Of a DNA stretch of 64,000 bases, positions 40,558-49,467 are shown piece after piece. Numbering within the stretch: the stretch's first letter is position 1; every line of letters begins with the position of its first letter. A program made the translations under genes and the position numbers. The stretch covers positions 511 through 64,510 of the forward strand of contig JBGTBD010000040.1 in assembly GCA_041749475.1 (NCBI GenBank). Reading direction: 5' to 3'. Origin of the DNA: Rickettsiales bacterium (GTDB lineage Bacteria; Pseudomonadota; Alphaproteobacteria; Rickettsiales; UBA998). The notes beneath the pieces were generated by a model. That model was not told the origin of the DNA, ran no database searches, and was given only the letters and a program-made list of their open reading frames with translations.

Positions 40558-41210
40558 GTAGCCTCCATGATGTAACCCAGGTTACGTACCGTGCGAATGA
40601 TTTCCTTGCCTAGCTTGCGGCGCAGCGAGGAAACATGCACTTCTACCGTGTTACTGCCGATGGCGTACTCCCAGCTATAGAGATTCTGTTCAATCCTTTC
40701 CTTACTGATATGTTGACCAGCATTTTCGAGGAGCAGACGAAGTATCTCAAATTCTTTTTGCGACAGGGTAAGCAGGTTGTTTCCACGCGAAACGGTTTTG
40801 GTAAGAGTATTGATCGTGATGTCGCGCCAGTACAGGATGGTGGGCGTCAATTCGGGCTTCCGGCGGGAGAGAGCCCGGATGCGCGCCAGCAATTCTTCGA
40901 AATCAAAGGGTTTAACCAGATAATCGTCCGCTCCCGTATCCAGCCCTTGCACCCGTTCCGCCGTGGTATCGCGGGCGGTGAGTAACAATACCGGAACTTG
41001 GTTTTTCTTGCGCCGCAGCTGGGCGAGCCATTCCAGCCCCGACTGGCCGGGAAGGTTGATGTCGAGCACGATCACGTCATAAGACGTGACGTACAGCGCA
41101 TCCTGCCCTTCCTCGGCGGTGCGGAACCAGTCGGCTGCATAATCCTGTTTCAAGCCTTGATGAATGGCCTTGCCCAGTTGCTTATCATCTTCAATCAGCA
41201 GAATTCGCAT
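40554..41210 (-). CDS. QseB/PmrA-like OmpR-family response regulator
   Basis: MRILLIEDD, LTARD, GADDYLVKPF, SNTVEVHVSSLRRKLG...TVRNLGY. Confidence 0.93.
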   Translation of the reverse strand: MRILLIEDDKQLGKAIHQGLKQDYAADWFRTAEEGQDALYVTSYDVIVLDINLPGQSGLEWLAQLRRKKNQVPVLLLTARDTTAERVQGLDTGADDYLVKPFDFEELLARIRALSRRKPELTPTILYWRDITINTLTKTVSRGNNLLTLSQKEFEILRLLLENAGQHISKERIEQNLYSWEYAIGSNTVEVHVSSLRRKLGKEIIRTVRNLGYIMEAT

Positions 41211-41211
41211 C

Positions 41212-41982
41212 TTAGTGTTTTATCTGATGGGACTCGGTTTGTGTATTATAAGTGGTATAGATGATTAACACAATGAGGACTGATAGCAATGTAGCGGAAG
41301 AGCCTGCCGTACCTAAATCAAGGCCCCCTTTCTCGATGGGTTTGGTGAGTACGTCGCCCATTGTGGCGCCAAAGGGACGAGTTAATACGAACGCACTCCA
41401 GAATAGCAAGAGACGTGAGATGGTTGTGAAATAATAAAGCGCTACAATGAATCCAATGACGCTTCCTATCAGTAATGCCCCTCCTGCGAAGCCTAAACCG
41501 GAATCATCCGCAAGATAGTCTCCCAAAGCCGTTCCGAGCGTGTTGGAAAAAAGGATGGCAATCCAATAGAAAATTTCCGCTTTCGTCGTTTGGATGGATG
41601 TTACCGACAAGGATCCTATACTGATACGCCACCCTGTAAGGGTTAAAAGCAGCAGACTGAGAAGGATCAGCGAGCCGATTGCATAACCCAATCCCAAGGT
41701 GCGATCCATGTAGTCGGAAACAGTGGTGCCAGCCGTGCTGGTGGCGAGAATAACGCCCCAATACAGAAACGGGTGATGACGCTTGGCGGAAAGTTGCACG
41801 GCCAATGCAACGGCAAACACACCGAGGAGGGCAAGTGAACTTATGGCATAACCGATATCAAGGGTCATGGAAAACAGATCACCCGCAGTTTCACCGAGGG
41901 TGGTGGCACTGATTTTCATCAGCCAGAAAGCCAGCGTTATTTCCGGCAGCTTTCTCACGCTGATCGCCTTCGTAAGTTGCAT
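41212..41982 (-). CDS. COG4705/DUF347 family membrane protein
   Basis: KLPEITLAFW.MKI.ATTLGETAGD, NTLGTALGD, FVLTRPFGA..GD.LTKP. Confidence 0.88.
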   Translation of the reverse strand: MQLTKAISVRKLPEITLAFWLMKISATTLGETAGDLFSMTLDIGYAISSLALLGVFAVALAVQLSAKRHHPFLYWGVILATSTAGTTVSDYMDRTLGLGYAIGSLILLSLLLLTLTGWRISIGSLSVTSIQTTKAEIFYWIAILFSNTLGTALGDYLADDSGLGFAGGALLIGSVIGFIVALYYFTTISRLLLFWSAFVLTRPFGATMGDVLTKPIEKGGLDLGTAGSSATLLSVLIVLIIYTTYNTQTESHQIKH

Positions 41983-41985
41983 GGC

Positions 41986-42729
41986 TTACCCCTGAACCTT
42001 GCTTTTAGCTTTGGCGATGGCGTGCTGGATTTCTGCGCGGCGTCCGGCATCGGCATCTTCGCGACCGGGACGGGCTGGTGCCTGCAACGCGTGTTCTAGC
42101 ACGGGAATGGCTTCCGCATACTTGCCTTGCTCGATCAGGTAATCACCATAGAAATAGTTTGGGTCGATACCGTCCGGGTTAAGCGCGCGTGCCTGTTCCA
42201 GATAGGCGAGAGCCTTGTCGTTATCCCCAAATCCCATTGGCCAGCCGGGAACTTTGTAATAGAGCGAGCCGAGCGAGGTATAGACGGAACCGTCCAGCGC
42301 TTTGGGATTAAGTTTTTCCGCCTGTTCCAGCAATACTTTAGCGTCTTTTGCAAGCCCGAGAGCGCCCAGCCCGCCATTAATGCCGGCTTGCGTGCTCAGG
42401 ATAATCGCCTGCCAGATCTTGGCTTCCGCATAGGCAGGGAATTTCTTGCTTACGCCTTCGGCTTTGACGGCAAGCGCTTCCATTTGTTTTTCCTGCGCGT
42501 CCTGATTCTTGAGCACATATTTAATGCGCGCCCATTCATGCTGTAGTTCCCGCAGCGATGCGTCCAACTCGGCATTATCGGTGATAGCAGGTAGTGGATT
42601 GACCGCCGATGCTGGCGGCTGCGCCATGCCGACGGGCGCTTGTAGCATATGCGAGGGATTTGTTTCTTGGGCGAATGCGCTGGTCGATACAAGCAAGGAA
42701 GCGACAAATAAGTGAAATGCGGTGTTCAT
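41986..42729 (-). CDS. Exported tetratricopeptide-repeat protein
   Basis: Signal peptide (AFA), TPR-like helices, SLGSLYYKVPGWP, NPDGIDPNYFYG. Confidence 0.85.
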   Translation of the reverse strand: MNTAFHLFVASLLVSTSAFAQETNPSHMLQAPVGMAQPPASAVNPLPAITDNAELDASLRELQHEWARIKYVLKNQDAQEKQMEALAVKAEGVSKKFPAYAEAKIWQAIILSTQAGINGGLGALGLAKDAKVLLEQAEKLNPKALDGSVYTSLGSLYYKVPGWPMGFGDNDKALAYLEQARALNPDGIDPNYFYGDYLIEQGKYAEAIPVLEHALQAPARPGREDADAGRRAEIQHAIAKAKSKVQG

Positions 42730-42748
42730 AATAATCTCCATGATTTGG

Positions 42749-43321
42749 TTAAAGGTGAAAGGTTTCAAGAAATTCAAAAATGGGCAGCGGGAGGAACCAC
42801 CAGATAGCGTCACGCACGCTGGAAAGTAGGCGATCCGGGCTCATGGGGACGTAATCCGGTGATTTGTAGAGGCGGAAATCCGGGATTACCCGCGGTGTCG
42901 TGTTTTCATAAATTGTATAATTCTTGCCGAATTTTCCTCGCAGAAATTTCTCCTCACGGCGAATAAGCAAATAATAGATGATTCCGATAAAAAGCGGCGC
43001 GATGATCATGATGGCAGGGCGCATGCTTGCTAGGCTGATACCCAATACCCCAAGCCAGGAAAAAATATAAAGCGGGTTCCGGACCATGGAGAAAGGACCG
43101 TAAGTAATCAGTTCTGTGTTTTTATGGCCCCCCAGAAAAGCTGTGGTGTAAACCCTACCTAGCGCGCAGGTGGTAATCAGTAGATAGCCGATGAAATCAA
43201 GCGCCTCGTGTTTGTAAGAGCTGCTATTAGCCAGACTATGTGTGAAAATGAATAACGCGACGCATAATAAAGCGATAAGCCTTGAATCGCGAATACGGCT
43301 TTTGTTTAATGCTGTGGCCAT
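42749..43321 (-). CDS. ICMT/PEMT family membrane methyltransferase
   Basis: LITYGPFSMVRNPLY, REEKFL..KFG..Y..Y...TPR. Confidence 0.88.
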   Translation of the reverse strand: MATALNKSRIRDSRLIALLCVALFIFTHSLANSSSYKHEALDFIGYLLITTCALGRVYTTAFLGGHKNTELITYGPFSMVRNPLYIFSWLGVLGISLASMRPAIMIIAPLFIGIIYYLLIRREEKFLRGKFGKNYTIYENTTPRVIPDFRLYKSPDYVPMSPDRLLSSVRDAIWWFLPLPIFEFLETFHL

Positions 43322-43334
43322 GGATAGTTCCTCC

Positions 43335-43871
43335 TTAGATAACTCGTTGCCAGATAGGGTTTCGGTCGATCAATGCATGCTTCAGCGCACCCACGACATG
43401 CAAAGCAATCAGGGCCAGTAACAAGAAGGCGAACGGCTCATGCCAGTGACGCGCAAGTTTTGCGAGTTCGGGGATCAAAGGGGTGAGCGGTGGGATATGC
43501 AGCCCAAAGAATGGCACCGACTTTCCTGCCAAGGCCTTCATCCCGTATCCCGATCCGGCCATCAGTAACATGCCCCCGTAGAGTCCGAGATGAACTATTT
43601 TGGCAAGAAGCGTTTCCAAACCGGGTTTGGTGGGTAGCGCCGGTTGTGCTTCCGTGAAGCGGAACCAGAGCCGGACGGGCAATAGCAACCCCACCAGAAG
43701 CCCTAATGACTGGTGCAGTTCCCAAGCGGGCTTTCGCCATTCCTTGGGAAAGTCATTGACGTAAAAACCAATGATCAGGGCTCCTGCGATGCCGATCGCC
43801 ATTACCCAATGCAGCAGGCGAATCGCGCTGGAATAGCGTTCTGGCGCTAAAGTTAAAATTTCCGATATCAT
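43335..43871 (-). CDS. Cytochrome b561 family di-heme membrane protein
   Basis: RYS...LLHW, HQSLG, H..LY, WHE, LHVVGALKH. Confidence 0.9.
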   Translation of the reverse strand: MISEILTLAPERYSSAIRLLHWVMAIGIAGALIIGFYVNDFPKEWRKPAWELHQSLGLLVGLLLPVRLWFRFTEAQPALPTKPGLETLLAKIVHLGLYGGMLLMAGSGYGMKALAGKSVPFFGLHIPPLTPLIPELAKLARHWHEPFAFLLLALIALHVVGALKHALIDRNPIWQRVI

Positions 43872-43874
43872 AAA

Positions 43875-44633
43875 TTACGTCTTGAAGAGGGTTGCGGCAA
43901 GTTGATCATTCTTTCGAAGCGCGTTATCGACAACACGCGGCAACAGGGCGTTGACCCGCACGAAGAAACGTTCCGGAAACCCGATAAAAACGTCCTTCTC
44001 CTTCTGCTTGATCGCTTGCAGAATGCGGCCTGCCACGTGTTCGGGGGTGTCCATGTTCATCTTTGTCAGTTCGGCGAATGTAAGGACCTTCTCGTTATTC
44101 AGCTTTGTCTTTACCGCGCGCGGGGAAATATGGGTTATGTCAACTCCGCACCCCGCCACCTCCCGCCGCAATGCCTGACTGAACGCTCCCATCCCCGCTT
44201 TCGAACTGGAATAAGTCACAAAATGCGCGAAAGGGATGGAGCCGAAGGTGGAGCCGATATTGACGATATGCCCGCTTCCCCGCTTTTTCATGTGGGGCAG
44301 GACGGCTTGCGTCAGCAGGACTGGTGCAAGCAAATTGATGGTATAAGTGAGCGCGACATGCTCGGGCGATTGCTGCTCAAGCGGCCCGAAATACTGGATT
44401 CCGGCGAGGTTGATCAGCATATCGACCGACTCGGAAGCCAGCTTTTGCGCGAGAGCGGTGATGCCCTCCATATTTCCCAGATTATCTTGAAGCAGCCGGG
44501 CATCGAAATCGAGCGAATCCACCCGGTCGATGACGGTAACATCCGCCCCTTCCGCAATCAGTGATCTGCACAACAAACTGCCGATGCCCCCGGCGCCTCC
44601 GGTTACGACGATATGAGCTTCCTTAAGCGGCAT
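43875..44633 (-). CDS. SDR family oxidoreductase
   Basis: VTGGAGGIG, NLAG, GSTFGSI, YSSSK. Confidence 0.92.
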   Translation of the reverse strand: MPLKEAHIVVTGGAGGIGSLLCRSLIAEGADVTVIDRVDSLDFDARLLQDNLGNMEGITALAQKLASESVDMLINLAGIQYFGPLEQQSPEHVALTYTINLLAPVLLTQAVLPHMKKRGSGHIVNIGSTFGSIPFAHFVTYSSSKAGMGAFSQALRREVAGCGVDITHISPRAVKTKLNNEKVLTFAELTKMNMDTPEHVAGRILQAIKQKEKDVFIGFPERFFVRVNALLPRVVDNALRKNDQLAATLFKT

Positions 44634-45294
44634 GGCGGGCCTCGCTTTCAAAGGGCAGGCTGCGGAAGATATTGGCGTAAAGCACGAACATGCGCTTAGC
44701 CATATGAAGAATGGCCGCTTGATCTTCCTCGTTAGTAATCTGGTTCATCAGCTTCTCGAAAAACTGCATATGCGAAATATCGAGTGACCCATGCGAGGTC
44801 AGGTAGGAAAAGCACTGTTTTGGCAAATTGAGCGATGTGGCAATGGTTTCTGCCGCTTTTGTTGCTATCGTGGTACTGGTGCCTTCCAGCACAAACACCA
44901 TGCCGAAGAAGGAAACCGGATTACCGCGGCTGACGCTGTCATAGGCGTAAGCGACCATCATTTCGGTTGCCATGTTTGGCTGGCCGTGGCGAATCTGTTC
45001 TTTGTCCTCGCCGCAATGGGCGATGTCGTTCAATATCCATTCCTGATGGCCGACTTCCTCTGCGATATATTCGGCAACGGCATTGCGCAGCCACTCCTTC
45101 TCCTGCGGCAGGCGGGAGCCGGTAAGCATCAATAACGGCGTCGTATGTTTGACGTGATGATAGGCCTGTTCGAGGAAGGCGACGTAGGCGGCTTTGTTGA
45201 TGATGCCTTCCAGCGCCGAGCGGATAATAGGCACATCGTAAAGCGCACTCCGCTCAACCTCCGTTTCCTGTTGCAGGCGTTCAAAGAAATGCAT
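44623..45294 (-). CDS. Heme-oxygenase-like (TenA/CADD-type) iron-containing redox enzyme
   Basis: EEVGH, LEGTS and SHGSLDISH diiron-type ligand pattern. Confidence 0.85.
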   Translation of the reverse strand: MHFFERLQQETEVERSALYDVPIIRSALEGIINKAAYVAFLEQAYHHVKHTTPLLMLTGSRLPQEKEWLRNAVAEYIAEEVGHQEWILNDIAHCGEDKEQIRHGQPNMATEMMVAYAYDSVSRGNPVSFFGMVFVLEGTSTTIATKAAETIATSLNLPKQCFSYLTSHGSLDISHMQFFEKLMNQITNEEDQAAILHMAKRMFVLYANIFRSLPFESEARHAA

Positions 45295-46723
45295 GATGGG
45301 CTTCCTTTCCATGGAAATTCTCAGAAGTGAATAGGTTGTAATAAGCGAGTATCTCAGAGCGTTTGAGGCGCCCATTAGGGGTAAGAAAACCGTCGGCGGC
45401 CGTGAAAGCAGGAACCTTCTGCCATTGCTGAATACACGCATATTCGGGTAGACGGGCATTGACCTGATCCACTGCGTACGTGATATCGGCATTGAAGGAT
45501 GCGGGAACTATAAAAGCGCTTAAATGCTCCGCTGCTTCCCCAAACACAAGCACCTGCGCAATTTCCGGCTGAGCAAGGAGTTCGCTTTCCGGCCATTCGG
45601 GTGAGATGTTGCGCCCATTAGCGAGGATGATGACATTGCGTTTGCGGCCTTGAATGGTGAGATAACCGTCGCCATCGAGACTGACGATATCGCCGGTGGT
45701 ATACTCGCCTTGCTGCGCGGACTCGCCCACATAACCTAGCCAAGCAAGATTCTTCAGGATGAGTTCCCCATCTTCCGCGATGCGGTAACGTACATGCGGC
45801 AGGATTTTGCCTGCGCTTGCGGGTTTGTTGTTCGACGGTGTATTGACGGCGACCACGGAAGCCGCTTCACTGAGGCCGTATCCCTGATAAAACGGCAATT
45901 CGAGTGTTTCAGCTTTTTCCAGCAGGCCGGAGTGAACCCGCGCGCCGCCCACCGCCATGAACTTCATTTGCGGTAAGGCGACCGGCATTTTTTGTTGGGC
46001 TTGTAATAAAGCAGCGGCGTATTCAGGAACGAGGATGCAGCTGGTGATATTTTCAGCGGCCATGTGTTGCAATAATTCAGCCCCGTTCGGTTGTAGCCCT
46101 GTGAATCCGAGCCGGACGAGCGGCTCAACTACATATGTCCCGCCCGCAAGCAGTGTCGCGTAAAGTCCACCGATATTCTCCAGCAACACGGAAAGAGGCA
46201 GGACGGCCAAATGACGCGCTGCGTTCTCTTTTTCAATGACTTTGATAAGGGATTCCGCCACCTGTTCCATACCGGGTTGGGAGAGGCAAACACCCTTGGG
46301 CGTACCGGTCGTGCCGGAAGTAAATGTGATTTTTGTTGTTCCTTCCGGCAATGGAACGGGGGAATAGTCAAGACGCGTGAATTGCCATTGCGCAGTGTTG
46401 GTCAGAATCAGGTTTGCGCCAGCGGATGCTAGAGCATGCTCACGCTGTGCGGCGGAAAAGAAGGGAGGCAGGGGTATGGACGGAATCTCTGCCATCACCA
46501 GCGCGAGATCAGCGATACACCAGGCAATACCGTTTTCTATCTCCAGTCCTACGCAATGCGGGCGTTTTTCTACTAACTGCGCAGCCAGTTCATTGACCGC
46601 CTGAAGCAAGTCGAAATAGGTGATATCCTTGCCGCCGCTGCGTAGGGCAACTCGCAACATATCGGTTGCGGCATGATGGGCAAGGGCAGTGAGTACCTGG
46701 CTTTTGTGGGCGCTAGGGGACAT
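45281..46723 (-). CDS. AMP-binding (acyl-CoA ligase-like) enzyme
   Basis: TFTSGTTGTPKG, GYGLSE, TGD, GRKRN, TPNGRLKR. Confidence 0.92.
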   Translation of the reverse strand: MSPSAHKSQVLTALAHHAATDMLRVALRSGGKDITYFDLLQAVNELAAQLVEKRPHCVGLEIENGIAWCIADLALVMAEIPSIPLPPFFSAAQREHALASAGANLILTNTAQWQFTRLDYSPVPLPEGTTKITFTSGTTGTPKGVCLSQPGMEQVAESLIKVIEKENAARHLAVLPLSVLLENIGGLYATLLAGGTYVVEPLVRLGFTGLQPNGAELLQHMAAENITSCILVPEYAAALLQAQQKMPVALPQMKFMAVGGARVHSGLLEKAETLELPFYQGYGLSEAASVVAVNTPSNNKPASAGKILPHVRYRIAEDGELILKNLAWLGYVGESAQQGEYTTGDIVSLDGDGYLTIQGRKRNVIILANGRNISPEWPESELLAQPEIAQVLVFGEAAEHLSAFIVPASFNADITYAVDQVNARLPEYACIQQWQKVPAFTAADGFLTPNGRLKRSEILAYYNLFTSENFHGKEAHHAFL

Positions 46724-47443
46724 TTATGCGTTTACAGGTTTGGGATGGATACGGGTGTGGTAACCGTCGGTTTCACCGGAGAAGCTGAGATGTAGGTGGC
46801 GTTTCAGGCGATTATAGGTATCGGGCATGTTGCCGGTGATGATGCGCGGATTGGCGCTATAATAACTCCCCCAGCTTGCTCCACCATCCGGCAATAAAGA
46901 TTGATCCGCCGGGCCGAGGACGGCTGGCTTCAGACCAAGCTGCAGGAAGTAGCGGTGCAGGAAGTCGGTCGCGGTGACGGCAATGCTATTGAACCCGTGC
47001 TGCAAAAGATAAGCATGCATGGCGGTGAATAGGAAAATGGATGCCCCGTTGCCGAGGGAGGCGAGACTGCCCGCTTCGACGAAACTTTGTCTTGCCTTCA
47101 ATTCGCCGGTAACACGAAAATGCGCCTCTTCGATGCTCTCGTGCAAATATTGCTCTAGGAACAACGGCTCCTCTTTAGCGTAGCGGAAGCCCAGTGCGCC
47201 GAGGATGGTGTCGTCTTTATCCCGCACGCTCATCAGGACTGGGTAATGCTCAGTGATGTGGGCCCCATAGGATTCCCGAAATTTGGCTTCGATGAATTTT
47301 TCCACGCGACGCCGCTCGGGCGAGAAGAGGCCTGCGATGGAAATGACGGTAGGCAAGAGTTTGGTGTAATGTTTCAGGCGTTGCTCGTTGAAGTCCAACG
47401 CCTGCTCGTAGCCTTCATCGTTCTTGAGAATGATATGCAACAT
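46724..47443 (-). CDS. 'Thermostable hemolysin' (delta-VPH-like) family protein
   Basis: FI...F...YGA, GFRYA...LFLEQYL, VEAGSLAS, WGSYY...P; alternative GTG start at 47467. Confidence 0.85.
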   Translation of the reverse strand: MLHIILKNDEGYEQALDFNEQRLKHYTKLLPTVISIAGLFSPERRRVEKFIEAKFRESYGAHITEHYPVLMSVRDKDDTILGALGFRYAKEEPLFLEQYLHESIEEAHFRVTGELKARQSFVEAGSLASLGNGASIFLFTAMHAYLLQHGFNSIAVTATDFLHRYFLQLGLKPAVLGPADQSLLPDGGASWGSYYSANPRIITGNMPDTYNRLKRHLHLSFSGETDGYHTRIHPKPVNA

Positions 47444-47501
47444 AGGTGCTTTCAAAATCCACTTCACGTTATTGAATTATTCGCTATGGTAGCGGCGTTT
47501 A

Positions 47502-47518
47502 CTGAAGTGAACCTGAAG
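47502..47518 (-). promoter_or_regulatory. Putative QseB/PmrA-type direct-repeat operator
   Basis: Minus strand CTTCAG-GTTCA-CTTCAG, 10 nt before TACCAT. Confidence 0.65.
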
Positions 47519-47537
47519 CCCGAAAGCACTCAAAAAA

Positions 47538-48296
47538 ATGACTGTCAAAGTGAAAGCATTACTGGCCAGCGTGCTGCTGGCTTCCACCGTATCGATACCC
47601 GCAATGGCGGTCGATAAGCTCTATGCACCTTATGTTGATAAAGGGGAGTGGGAGGTTGAGTATTTCGGCAGCAACAGCTTCGATAATGACGATACGAAAG
47701 ATACGGCGCAGAAGCATGAATTTTCGGTTGGATATGGCGTTACCGAGTATTGGAAAACCGAGTTTTATACCATTTTTGAGAAAGAACCGCAGGATCATAT
47801 AACCTTCGATGCGCTGGAATGGGAAAACGTCTTCCAATTCACCGAGCGCGGCGAATACTGGCTCGATGCGGGCGGTTCGCTGGCCTATGAATGGACGCCG
47901 GAGGACAACCACCCCGATGCGATTGAGGCCCGCCTGCTGCTGGCGAAAAGCACCGAAAACTTCACTCATATCCTAAATCTGATTGCGGAAAAGGAAGTGG
48001 GCTCCGGCGACCGGGAAGATCTGGAAGGCGGCTTCATCTGGAGCAGCCGCTATCTCTATTCGCCGCTGTTCCAGCCAGGATTCGAGATCAGCAGCGATTT
48101 CGGGGAATTGGAAGAAACCGGCTCTTTTGATGAGCAGGAACATTATATTGGCCCTGTGGCCTATGGTATGATACCGCTGGAGGCCGATGAGCCGGATGAG
48201 GGGCTGCAATATCGCGTAGGATATCTCGTCGGCGTTTCCGATGAAGCCGCCGATGGCCAGCTACTTATCGAACTGGAATATGAGCTTGAATTCTAG
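47538..48296 (+). CDS. Acidic outer-membrane beta-barrel-like protein
   Basis: Signal peptide (AMA), alternating strands, C-terminal LEYELEF beta-signal. Confidence 0.75.
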   Translation: MTVKVKALLASVLLASTVSIPAMAVDKLYAPYVDKGEWEVEYFGSNSFDNDDTKDTAQKHEFSVGYGVTEYWKTEFYTIFEKEPQDHITFDALEWENVFQFTERGEYWLDAGGSLAYEWTPEDNHPDAIEARLLLAKSTENFTHILNLIAEKEVGSGDREDLEGGFIWSSRYLYSPLFQPGFEISSDFGELEETGSFDEQEHYIGPVAYGMIPLEADEPDEGLQYRVGYLVGVSDEAADGQLLIELEYELEF

Positions 48297-48657
48297 ATTT
48301 TTCCTCGTTTTTGCCGGGATCAGTGGTTTTATCGCTGTATTGATGGGAGCGGCGGCGACGCATTGGCTTGCCGCCAGTTTAGCGCCTGAAGATATTTCGC
48401 GTATCGAAAAGGCCGCGACATACCAGATGTATCATACGCTGGCGCTGCTCGGGCTGGGCGTATGGATGCACCTTGAACCCCAGTGCCGCTTAAAGCTTCC
48501 CGCGAGCCTGTTTGCCGTGGGTATCCTGTTATTTTGCGGTAGTCTATACGCCTATAGCGTTCTTCATTTGCAACCGCTTGTTTATGTGACTCCGTTAGGC
48601 GGCACGGCGATGATGGCAGGTTGGCTATCATTGGCAGTGGCTGCATTTAAACGCTAA
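48280..48657 (+). CDS. DUF423 family membrane protein
   Basis: GAAATH, A.YQMYH, LFCGSLY, TPLGG..MMAGW. Confidence 0.9.
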   Translation: MSLNSRFFLVFAGISGFIAVLMGAAATHWLAASLAPEDISRIEKAATYQMYHTLALLGLGVWMHLEPQCRLKLPASLFAVGILLFCGSLYAYSVLHLQPLVYVTPLGGTAMMAGWLSLAVAAFKR

Positions 48658-48674
48658 CTTCAGGTTCGCTTCAG
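48658..48674 (+). promoter_or_regulatory. Putative QseB/PmrA-type direct-repeat operator
   Basis: CTTCAG-GTTCG-CTTCAG, 10 nt before TACTCC and 36 nt before the cmoA ATG. Confidence 0.65.
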
Positions 48675-48710
48675 CTTTTGGCATTACTCCTTTACAACAG
48701 AGGGGTTCCT

Positions 48711-49466
48711 ATGGCGATGGTACAGATTAAATCCGAAGAAGAGAAAACCGACCGGGTCTTCGAAACACAGGCGAAGGTCGGCGATTTTGCGTTCGATGCA
48801 AAAGTGGCGTCGGTATTCGATGACATGGTCAGCCGATCGGTGCCGTTCTATCACGAAATGCAACGCATGATCGTGGAACTGGCTCAGGAATTCGCCACCG
48901 ACGGCAGCCGGATTTACGATATTGGCTGTTCGACGGGAACGACTATCCAGCTGCTCGATAGCTATCTCGCAAACAAGCAGGTGGAGTTCGTCGGAATCGA
49001 TAATTCCAAGGAAATGCTTAAAGAAGCAAAACGCAAATCCGACGAGATGGGACTTACCCACGAATACCATTTCAAGTGCCAGGACATCCATAAACAGCTA
49101 AGCATGCAGAATGCGAGCGTGGTAACACTTATCCTCACCCTCCAATTTGCAAGGCCGCTTTACCGGGAGAAAATCATGCGCCGGATTTTCGAGGGGCTTA
49201 ATCCTAATGGCTGCCTGTTGATGGTCGAGAAAATCACGTCAGAAGATACGCTGTTCAACCGCTTGTTCATCGAGCGCTATTATGATTACAAGCGGCGCAA
49301 CGGCTATACCGAAACGGAGATTTCCAAGAAGCGTGAAGCACTGGAGAATGTGTTGATACCCTATCGCCTGGAAGAGAATGAAACCCTGCTCAAGATGGCC
49401 GGTTTCCGGCATGTTGAAGTATTCTTCCGCTGGTATAATTTCTGCGGCATCCTAGCGGTGAAATAG
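48711..49466 (+). CDS. cmoA: Carboxy-S-adenosyl-L-methionine synthase CmoA-like
   Basis: DFAFDAKVASVFDDMVSRSVPFY, YDIGCSTG, DNS..M, LQF, KRRNGY..EI..KR.ALEN. Confidence 0.9.
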   Translation: MAMVQIKSEEEKTDRVFETQAKVGDFAFDAKVASVFDDMVSRSVPFYHEMQRMIVELAQEFATDGSRIYDIGCSTGTTIQLLDSYLANKQVEFVGIDNSKEMLKEAKRKSDEMGLTHEYHFKCQDIHKQLSMQNASVVTLILTLQFARPLYREKIMRRIFEGLNPNGCLLMVEKITSEDTLFNRLFIERYYDYKRRNGYTETEISKKREALENVLIPYRLEENETLLKMAGFRHVEVFFRWYNFCGILAVK

Positions 49467-49467
49467 G

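Noticed and set aside
46724-47443. Treating the 'thermostable hemolysin' as a virulence toxin
   Set aside because: It has no secretion signal or exporter, and it is coupled to biosynthetic enzymes.
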